From: a virus
Taxonomy: Duplodnaviria > Caudoviricetes
Length of the DNA stretch: 26,687 nucleotides
Virus record (IMG/VR): IMGVR_UViG_3300043409_002111
Span: 1-26,687 of that record
Reading direction: 5' to 3' (one strand)
Shown one piece after another: positions 17,376 to 23,923 of this stretch. Every line of letters begins with the position of its first letter. Position 1 is the stretch's first letter. The notes beneath the pieces are model-generated. The model did no database searches, was not told the origin of the DNA, and was given only the letters and a program-made list of their open reading frames with translations. Position numbers and translations under genes: made by a program.

Positions 17376-17422
17376 GGGGATTGCCTCTTGTGTGCAAGAC
17401 GTACTTCGCCCTATTCTATCCC

Positions 17423-18913
17423 CTAATAATACTCAGGTATACCCTTCGGCTCTTCCTTTGTTTCCCTTTCGTCATCCCTTAAAATAACAAAGTTACCCGC
17501 CCTAAATCGGGCTAAAGCCATCACCGTAGAATCCACCAAGTCGTCGTTGTCCCCATGCGGAAACGCCGCACACTCCTCAATCAAATCATCCGCCCAGTCC
17601 GTGTCCGGTGCCCATACCATGCCAGACTCCAGCAGTGTCGCGATAGCGTTCGCCCTTGATATCTTATCCTGACCCGCCCTCCTCCCGCCGGGGGAGTACA
17701 TCGTCACGGGTATCCCCACCTTCCTCAGCTCCTGCTGCAGCGTGGTCCCCGTTGCTTTGGCCTCGATCAGCACGTTGTCCGGTTGCCAGTACGTATACTC
17801 CTCCTTGGCTATGCGCTTGAGTTCCGGAAAGTCCCAGCGGCCCTTCTTGACGTTCAGCAATAAGATGTTCGGTCCACTGTCTATGTCAGGTGTAAACACC
17901 CCCCACGTTGTGATCGCAGAATAGTCCGCCGTCTCCTTCTTTGAGTACGCCGTGTCATACGACTGGATAACATAGTCCAACTGCGGCGTGTAGTCCTTCG
18001 TCCACTTGCGCCACCAGTCGCGCTTCAGGATAGCCCCCTCGTCACTCGTCGGGTTCTGCTGCCACTGCGCCTGCCACTTCTGCACAGACAGCGAGGCCCG
18101 TACCGCCTGTAGCTCCTCCAGCTTCCAGAACGCTGGCCACAGCGGGCGCTCCGTCGGCAAGCCCTCATCAAAGATAGCCGGGAACTCAATCACCTCCCAC
18201 TTGTCCGCGTTGTGGCTGGCCTGCGCCTTGATCAACCGTGCCGTGAGATCCATCGTCCCCCAGCGGGTGGCCACCACCACAATGGCCCCACCCGGCTGAA
18301 GCCGCTGCCTTGGGCCTGACGTGTACCACTCCCATGCGTTCTCCAACGCCGATGCCGACAGCGCGTCCTGCTCACTGTGCGGGTCGTCGATGATCAACAG
18401 GTTTGCGCCACGGCCAGTCATCGCGCCGCCTACCCCTACAGAGAACGACTCCCCTCCATGGTTCGTGTCCCACCGGCCAGCAGCCTTGCTGTCTGCCTTG
18501 AGCAGCACATCGGGGAACACTTCCTTGTACGTATCCGTGTCCATAAGGTTCCTTACCTTACGGCCAAAGCGTACCGCCAGCTCTGCCGTATGGGTTGCCT
18601 GTATCAACTTGAGATCCGGCTTACGGCCCATCGCGTAGGCAGGCAGCAGATACGACGCATACTCCGACTTCGTATGCCTCGGGGCCATATTGATAATCAG
18701 CCGCTTGAGGGTTCCATTAATGATTCGGTCAAACGCATTCGCCATCTTCTGATGGTGAGGGCTAACTATCCCCGACGGCCAGACGTACCGAGCAAAGTCG
18801 AGGAAGTTCTCCCGAGCAGAGTCCTGCGCCTGCAGCAAGGCAAACCTGAGCTGGAGCCGGAGGCGGTCGGCCTCAATGTCGTCTGGCTTTACGGGGATGG
18901 GGGGCAACGCCAT
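17423..18913 (-). CDS. terL: Terminase large subunit
   Basis: RLIINMAPRHTKS (Walker A variant), TGRGANLLIIDDP (Walker B), QSYDTA..ADYSA and FPHGDNDDLVDS nuclease motifs. Confidence 0.95.
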   Translation of the reverse strand: MALPPIPVKPDDIEADRLRLQLRFALLQAQDSARENFLDFARYVWPSGIVSPHHQKMANAFDRIINGTLKRLIINMAPRHTKSEYASYLLPAYAMGRKPDLKLIQATHTAELAVRFGRKVRNLMDTDTYKEVFPDVLLKADSKAAGRWDTNHGGESFSVGVGGAMTGRGANLLIIDDPHSEQDALSASALENAWEWYTSGPRQRLQPGGAIVVVATRWGTMDLTARLIKAQASHNADKWEVIEFPAIFDEGLPTERPLWPAFWKLEELQAVRASLSVQKWQAQWQQNPTSDEGAILKRDWWRKWTKDYTPQLDYVIQSYDTAYSKKETADYSAITTWGVFTPDIDSGPNILLLNVKKGRWDFPELKRIAKEEYTYWQPDNVLIEAKATGTTLQQELRKVGIPVTMYSPGGRRAGQDKISRANAIATLLESGMVWAPDTDWADDLIEECAAFPHGDNDDLVDSTVMALARFRAGNFVILRDDERETKEEPKGIPEYY

Positions 18914-18953
18914 TGGGAAGTCCTATGTAGAATTTTTGTAAAAAATTTTTGGG

Positions 18954-19328
18954 TCATTTGCGTATAGAAGCAAAGGGGTCGTTTTGGGGGATCGATGTGT
19001 CCGTGTTGCCCTTGGGCTTTACGATTTTGGGGATTTTTATCCGGCACTCACGGCACATCCACACAATCACCAGCGGCTTCGTATAGTCCTTATGGTGCAT
19101 CTGGGCGTTAGGGCTGGCGCAAGTTATACACGGGAGGCGCTGGAGCTTACCGCGTTTAAGGTACACCTGAGCGTAGCTGCGGCAGTTGTCCTTCAGCTTC
19201 TGCGTGGGTGAGATCGGATGCGTTGCGCGGTGTCGCCGCATGGCCGTTGCGTGACACGCCCAACAGTTACGCTGGTTAGGTCGTCGTTGATTGCCGCATG
19301 GGCAGGGGCGTGTGGTTATTGGTGTCAT
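18954..19328 (-). CDS. Zinc-finger HNH-like protein
   Basis: CPC...CWAC and CITC...QMHHKDYTKPL.IVWMCREC; start uncertain (ATG 19328 versus TTG 19373). Confidence 0.65.
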   Translation of the reverse strand: MTPITTRPCPCGNQRRPNQRNCWACHATAMRRHRATHPISPTQKLKDNCRSYAQVYLKRGKLQRLPCITCASPNAQMHHKDYTKPLVIVWMCRECRIKIPKIVKPKGNTDTSIPQNDPFASIRK

Positions 19329-19587
19329 GGATGGTGAGTGTAGCCCTTGTTGGTGTGGAACACAATCTGCCAAATTTTTTACAAAATTTTTGTGGGCCTT
19401 TTGGCCATTTGGTTTTGAGAACTAATTTACTGTGTGAAATCCGGCTAAAGCTGCGCCGCCGACCGACCGGGCCAAAAACCGGATTCAAGTCGACAACTGG
19501 TCAAAACTTGAGCAAAACAGGCCATAGGGAACCTGCTCCCGCCTTCCGGCCCGTGCACAATTGGCGCATCGGCCTATCGCTTTTCGC

Positions 19588-19600
19588 TAAGTCATTGATT
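19588..19600 (-). promoter_or_regulatory. IHF consensus site
   Basis: Minus strand AATCAA-TGAC-TTA matches WATCAA-N4-TTR. Confidence 0.55.
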
Positions 19601-19612
19601 TATAAGGACTCA

Positions 19613-19644
19613 CTATTTCCGGTAATGAGTATTACCGGAAATAG
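19613..19644. repeat. Perfect 14-bp inverted repeat with dif-like 11-6-11 layout
   Basis: ctATTTCCGGTAA-TGAGTA-TTACCGGAAATag. Confidence 0.8.
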
Positions 19645-19810
19645 CGAATCGGCGAGGCGTTGCGCAGTCGCTTTTCGGCGATACGCCGGGGCGCGGGGAG
19701 CGCCGGATAGGCCGTGTCGGCGTATCCCGGTTCGCTCATTTGACAACGTGCTTGGGGTCGGTACTAGGGTAGCGGGTCGCCCTGACGTTGAGCCTAGGGC
19801 CTTACAGGAT

Positions 19811-19870
19811 ATGATACGAGTATATCAAAAATGATACAGTTGTATCAAAAATGATACAAGTATATCAAAA
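19811..19870. repeat. Three tandem 20-bp palindromic repeats
   Basis: atgatacgagtatatcaaaa / atgatacagttgtatcaaaa / atgatacaagtatatcaaaa. Confidence 0.9.
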
Positions 19871-19882
19871 CAGGGTAGGCAT

Positions 19883-19910
19883 AAAAAAGCCCAGCGCGAT
19901 GGCTGGGCTT
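19883..19910 (-). terminator. Rho-independent terminator after ardC
   Basis: Minus strand AAGCCCAGC-CATCGC-GCTGGGCTT followed by a T run. Confidence 0.85.
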
Positions 19911-19929
19911 AGGTACTGCGGCGGCTGGC

Positions 19930-20829
19930 CTATGCGGCTATGGCTACCGGCTCTACCGCCTGCAGGTCGTGCAGGAAGCCCGCTGCTTTGCTTGCCAACG
20001 ATGCGGCACGGATGATGGCCTTCTTGTCATCCTTCAGAACACGCAGCCAGCTTGACAAGTACTGCGCGTGGTCAGCGCGGGGTTCCGTGCTGATGCCAAG
20101 ATCGGCACACAGGAAAGCCGCGCCAAGTTCTGCCACCAGTTCTTCCTTGGCATAGTCAGCATCCCCATGGCTAGTACCGAACGTGCGAGCCAGACGGTTC
20201 TTGTGGCCGGTCCAGTGAATCAGCTCATGCAGCACGACACCGGCAAAAGCTTCTACCGGGCTGCTGGTCGCGGTGCCCACAAAATCGGTGGCTGCTGGGA
20301 CCACAATCTTGTCAACGGTGGGTGAGTAGTAAGCGCGAGCCGAGCCATTCAGGATCTCGATGTTGGCACCAGCGCGGGCAACGAAGTCGAGAGCTAGCGC
20401 AACACGAGCATCTGCCTGCTCGGCGGTCTCAGGCTGTGCTTGCTCGTTCATTGGCAGGCCATCGACTTGATCGGCGCAGAACACAGCGAAGCTTTTCAGC
20501 AGCGGGATCGTCTTGTCGGTGCTTGAGCCGTCAGCCTGCTTTTCCTTGATGCCCAAAGCTTTGAAGAAAATGATGTGCGTGGCGGTCTCACCCTTGCGAA
20601 CCTGACAGCCTTTCTCGGACCACGCTTTGTACGTGCCCCAGCGGCTGTCGGTGCGGCCAGCAGCCCACAGCAGTACCACGTTAACACCAGTGTACTGGTT
20701 GCCGGTGCTGATGCTTGTGGGCATTGCACTTGAGCCCGCAGTGCCAACCCAAGGCTTGGTCCAATTGGCACCGTGGGTTTCCATGAGGCCTACAACTTTC
20801 GCGGTTACTTCGGCGTATACGTCTTTCAT
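19930..20829 (-). CDS. ardC: ArdC-family antirestriction protein (ssDNA-binding N-domain + zincin-like metallopeptidase)
   Basis: WTKPW, YTGVN..LLW, WGTY..W...G.QVRKGE, AYYSP..D.I, HELIHWTGH, YAKEELVAELGAAFL, HAQYLSSW. Confidence 0.92.
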   Translation of the reverse strand: MKDVYAEVTAKVVGLMETHGANWTKPWVGTAGSSAMPTSISTGNQYTGVNVVLLWAAGRTDSRWGTYKAWSEKGCQVRKGETATHIIFFKALGIKEKQADGSSTDKTIPLLKSFAVFCADQVDGLPMNEQAQPETAEQADARVALALDFVARAGANIEILNGSARAYYSPTVDKIVVPAATDFVGTATSSPVEAFAGVVLHELIHWTGHKNRLARTFGTSHGDADYAKEELVAELGAAFLCADLGISTEPRADHAQYLSSWLRVLKDDKKAIIRAASLASKAAGFLHDLQAVEPVAIAA

Positions 20830-20879
20830 GTCCGTGCTTCCTGTGTTCTGCAGGGGAGGGATTCCCCAGCGACGAGCGC

Positions 20880-20908
20880 ACTCTAATCGACCCGATTACC
20901 ACAGTCAA
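20880..20908 (-). promoter_or_regulatory. Sigma70-type early promoter for ardC
   Basis: TTGACT-N17-TAGAGT with an upstream A/T tract (UP-like). Confidence 0.7.
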
Positions 20909-20951
20909 CCATTATTTTTAAATTTATTTTGATTTATTTTTACGGAATCAC

Positions 20952-21008
20952 TTGCAACCAGTATTTACTACGTTATACTACACCCATACCGCAGCAATGG
21001 TGCTACGG
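20952..21008 (+). promoter_or_regulatory. Early promoter + leader hairpin, copy 1
   Basis: TTGCAA-N16-TATACT, then the 34-bp repeat (20975..21008), then AAGGAG RBS. Confidence 0.7.
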
Positions 21009-21023
21009 CAAAGGAGACACAAA

Positions 21024-21668
21024 ATGACTACTTCCTCTAGAATCCAAATTCGCGGTAACTGCCAATGCTGTGGCAGAGACCAAGCTGTTGTACGCGGCAG
21101 CATGTCAAAGCACGGCTATACCGTGGACAACGGCTGGTTCAACGGTGTCTGCTCTGGGCACAACTATGAGCCTATCCAAGTAAGCCGAGTGCAGGCTGAC
21201 CGCGTAGTTGAGTCGGTTCGCCAGTCAATAGTCCAAATAGAAGCGGAGCTGGCCGCTGTAGAAGAAGGCTCGGTGATCCCTAAAACTATCGTCTCCGGCT
21301 ACGGTAAAACCCGCAGTGAGATACCGTTCGCACAGGGAACCCAGATGCAGCGAGAAAATGCACTGATTGTCTTGAAGTATGACTTAGCGTACAAAATCCG
21401 CGCTGGTAAAGACTTCGCGAACTACTTAACAAAAGTGGCTGACAACAACCACGGCAAACCCCTGAGCGAAGTTAAGCTGGACGAAGTGGGCATAACTGTC
21501 GGCTCAAGCGTCAAGGTTCAAGGATCTGTTGTAACAGTGACCAAGATCGAGTATCGGGTAGCTCACGGCGTTGGCCCAAGCATCAACGGCCAGCATATCT
21601 TGCATGTCTGCTTTGAGCGTAACGGGAAAGAATTGGCATACCCAAAGCGTTTTGCGAAATTAGCCTAA
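21024..21668 (+). CDS. Early protein with CxxC...H...C zinc-binding motif
   Basis: Start reassigned to ATG 21024 (AAGGAG RBS); GNCQCCGR...KHGY...GVCSG. Confidence 0.75.
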   Translation: MTTSSRIQIRGNCQCCGRDQAVVRGSMSKHGYTVDNGWFNGVCSGHNYEPIQVSRVQADRVVESVRQSIVQIEAELAAVEEGSVIPKTIVSGYGKTRSEIPFAQGTQMQRENALIVLKYDLAYKIRAGKDFANYLTKVADNNHGKPLSEVKLDEVGITVGSSVKVQGSVVTVTKIEYRVAHGVGPSINGQHILHVCFERNGKELAYPKRFAKLA

Positions 21669-21756
21669 CCAACCCAGCCACGGATGGCCACGGATGGCCA
21701 TGAATTGTCAACCACTATTTATATTTATTTTATTTTATTTTATTTTGCAAAACTAC

Positions 21757-21813
21757 TTGTTTTTACTTTTTACCATGTCATACTACACCCATACCGCAGC
21801 AATGGTGCTACGG
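21757..21813 (+). promoter_or_regulatory. Early promoter + leader hairpin, copy 2
   Basis: TTGTTT-N16-CATACT with TGn; 21780..21813 is identical to 20975..21008; TTTAT runs upstream; AAGGAG RBS. Confidence 0.7.
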
Positions 21814-21830
21814 ATAAAGGAGCAAAAAAA

Positions 21831-22046
21831 ATGAATACCATCCCACAAATAGGCGAAGTGTTTGCAGCAAAAGGCACTCAAGACCTGATCTATATGGGCG
21901 ACTATATCCTGGTGGTCAACGTAGACACCAAGGTAGAGACCCGCGTCGAAATAACGGAAGCAATGAGCAAACAACTGCCAGTGCAATATGCCAAATATTG
22001 CGCTGGCAAAGACAAGCCCGGCACTATGATGGGGAGAGCAAGATGA
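21831..22046 (+). CDS. Hypothetical early protein (71 aa)
   Basis: Start reassigned to ATG 21831 after AAGGAG. Confidence 0.7.
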   Translation: MNTIPQIGEVFAAKGTQDLIYMGDYILVVNVDTKVETRVEITEAMSKQLPVQYAKYCAGKDKPGTMMGRAR

Positions 22047-22222
22047 GCATATACACAGTAGTTCTGCACGACGGCACTGTAGGCACGGTCGATTCGGATA
22101 CCTTGGGCGGACAACCGGCTGAAGATTTTATAGGAGACTGGATTACCGTCCAGTTACACAATGAAAACGGAGAGCAGATTGAGATCACGGGTATATTAGA
22201 GTCAGTTTTGGAAAAAAATTAA
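22043..22222 (+). CDS. Hypothetical acidic early protein (59 aa)
   Basis: ATGA overlap with the previous gene; GGAG RBS; MSIYTVVLHDG... Confidence 0.65.
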   Translation: MSIYTVVLHDGTVGTVDSDTLGGQPAEDFIGDWITVQLHNENGEQIEITGILESVLEKN

Positions 22223-22237
22223 ACAGGAGCAAATAGC

Positions 22238-22429
22238 ATGAACGCAACAATCCAAACACCCACGACCTTTTTCCCATCACTCGAAGCGGCCACCAAAATC
22301 GCCGATGCCAACAACGCGCCAGAACATGATGACCCCGAGGGCTGGACGTACTTGCCAATGGCGTTGCCGAACGGTCGCGCCAAAGTAATGATCATGGATC
22401 AAGACGACGTATTTGTCGGTTACCTTTAA
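22238..22429 (+). CDS. Hypothetical early protein (63 aa)
   Basis: AGGAG RBS; WTY...DQDDVFVGYL C-terminus. Confidence 0.7.
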   Translation: MNATIQTPTTFFPSLEAATKIADANNAPEHDDPEGWTYLPMALPNGRAKVMIMDQDDVFVGYL

Positions 22430-22517
22430 CCGCTCCATAACCGGCGTTAAGCGTAGGGGCCATGCGCCCCTGCCCCGTCACTCGACCAACCCCTACCCCC
22501 TCACTCGACCAGCCACC

Positions 22518-22937
22518 TCACTCGATAAGCCTCCACCTCAGCAGGTGCCATTGGATCGCGTCTAATGGCCATTGATCAATACCCGCCACCTCAGTACCCC
22601 TATAGTAAATATCTTCAACCTGCGAGCCTGTGTAAAGCCGTAGGCTAGCTGCCGAGGTCTTCGTCGTCCCCAAGGGATGAATCTGTACCAAAATGACGCT
22701 CGGGCACCCCATCGCTGCCATCGACATGTGAAACGCTATCTCCTCCGCCGTCAGCGCCACCTGAGTCGTTCGGGTGATCTTGATGCTCGCCATAACGAAC
22801 CCCGCCCCCTTCAAACAAATCAGGCCGTAGCTCTGCCGCCCGCTCTGGCCCGTGGATTTTAGTGAGCAACTCGCGACCGTGCACCCGCTTACGTTCTCGC
22901 CGATCCGCCTCAGCAACAATTCTTCTTTCCCGTTCAT
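22518..22937 (-). CDS. Degenerate PD-(D/E)XK (Holliday resolvase / VRR-NUC-like) homolog
   Basis: GGAGG upstream; FVMASIK...V.L....IAFH...GCPSVILV...LY.G resembles the phage resolvase family (normally FVMVELK), but the acidic catalytic residues are not evident. Confidence 0.45.
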   Translation of the reverse strand: MNGKEELLLRRIGENVSGCTVASCSLKSTGQSGRQSYGLICLKGAGFVMASIKITRTTQVALTAEEIAFHMSMAAMGCPSVILVQIHPLGTTKTSAASLRLYTGSQVEDIYYRGTEVAGIDQWPLDAIQWHLLRWRLIE

Positions 22938-23568
22938 CGTTTTTCATGTCCTCCGCAATGGTTGGCACTGGTGTTTTTACTATCGCAATATCTTCTGGAC
23001 TCATGTCAATAATCGACCCGTGGGCTATCGCCGGTACGCCGGACCCTCCATAGATCTGCTGGATCTCGTTCAGCCTGCGCATCACGTCCTCCTTGCTCAT
23101 GCTGTCGATCAGGCCGACCCGGATCTCCTTGCGCTCGATGTAGATCGTCCCGAGAGCTTGACCCCGCCGGTACTCTGCTGTCACCGCCGCACCAAAATTG
23201 CCTGCGTCCATAGCTGCATCGCGGATCCGCTGGAGGTCTCTCATGTGCCGCTCAAAGGTCGTGCCATATTTTGCTGCCAGCTCCCCCCTGAACTCCTGTA
23301 TCGCCGCTACAACGTGCGGCGATTTCTCAGGGTTGGTCATGCGCCGTGCCGCCGTCCCGGCCTGATCGGGTTTCCACCCTGCGCGTATCGCCGCCTCTTT
23401 TGGCGTTACGGCCCCATCCCCGGCACACAGCTCCTGCACGAACTTCCACTCTGCGGGTGTCACGATCCGCACTTGGAGACTCAACGGCTTTACGGGTGTC
23501 GCCAATCGCTGCACGAGTTTATCCTTAAGCATCGGACTCATGTTCATCACGCTTCTTACTTTTGTCAT
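22645..23568 (-). CDS. terS: Terminase small subunit with extended C-terminus
   Basis: KFVQEL...EAAIRAG HTH, PHVVAAI, DLQRIRD.A...GNFGAAV.AE.RRG; start reassigned to ATG 23568 (GAGG upstream). Confidence 0.75.
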   Translation of the reverse strand: MTKVRSVMNMSPMLKDKLVQRLATPVKPLSLQVRIVTPAEWKFVQELCAGDGAVTPKEAAIRAGWKPDQAGTAARRMTNPEKSPHVVAAIQEFRGELAAKYGTTFERHMRDLQRIRDAAMDAGNFGAAVTAEYRRGQALGTIYIERKEIRVGLIDSMSKEDVMRRLNEIQQIYGGSGVPAIAHGSIIDMSPEDIAIVKTPVPTIAEDMKNDERERRIVAEADRRERKRVHGRELLTKIHGPERAAELRPDLFEGGGVRYGEHQDHPNDSGGADGGGDSVSHVDGSDGVPERHFGTDSSLGDDEDLGS

Positions 23569-23599
23569 ATCACCGTACCTCAAAATGTGTAAATTCACG

Positions 23600-23900
23600 C
23601 TGGGCGCGACCAAAATCCCTGTGGGCGCGACTGTCTTTTTCGTAACCACTTGATTAATATAAGGTATTACCCTCTTTGGGCGCGGTGGGCGCGATTTATC
23701 GCGTTTTTCATACCCCTCTACCCCTTTTTTCCTCGTTATTATATTACTATTATTAACTACAACTATAACAATAAAAATCAACTATATCTATTTCTATATT
23801 ATTTCGATCCCTCGATCCCAGTAGAGTAATAAGTATAGTAATATTAAGGGTTTATAGCTGGGCGCGAGACTGGGCGCGAGACAATTTCTTTGCGCCCACT
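23600..23900. repeat. TGGGCGCG(A) iteron-like repeats around an AT-rich core (putative replication origin)
   Basis: Copies at 23601, 23622, 23677, 23686, 23859, 23871, and an inverted partial copy at 23892; AT-rich 23735-23855; IHF consensus at 23643..23655. Confidence 0.7.
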
Positions 23901-23923
23901 ACCCCTCTTAAGCCCACTTTTCC

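Noticed and set aside
11838-18913. Intein/HINT in terL or the giant protein
   Set aside because: No C-x...HN-[CST] splicing motifs seen; terL has normal length.
401-19211. Many plus-strand ORFs opposite the late genes
   Set aside because: Antisense shadows of well-supported minus-strand genes, with no RBS or motifs.
19298-19834. 178-aa plus-strand ORF
   Set aside because: It crosses palindromes and repeats, has no RBS or recognisable motif, and is likely spurious.
19811-19870. CRISPR-like mini-array
   Set aside because: The repeats are contiguous with no spacers, and there are no cas genes.
21684-21830. Hydrophobic N-terminus (IYIYFILFYF) suggesting a membrane protein
   Set aside because: This is a translation of the T-rich promoter region; the real start is 21831.
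23569-23781. N-terminal 71 aa of the listed terS ORF
   Set aside because: It runs through the AT-rich, iteron-containing region; the downstream ATG has a better RBS.
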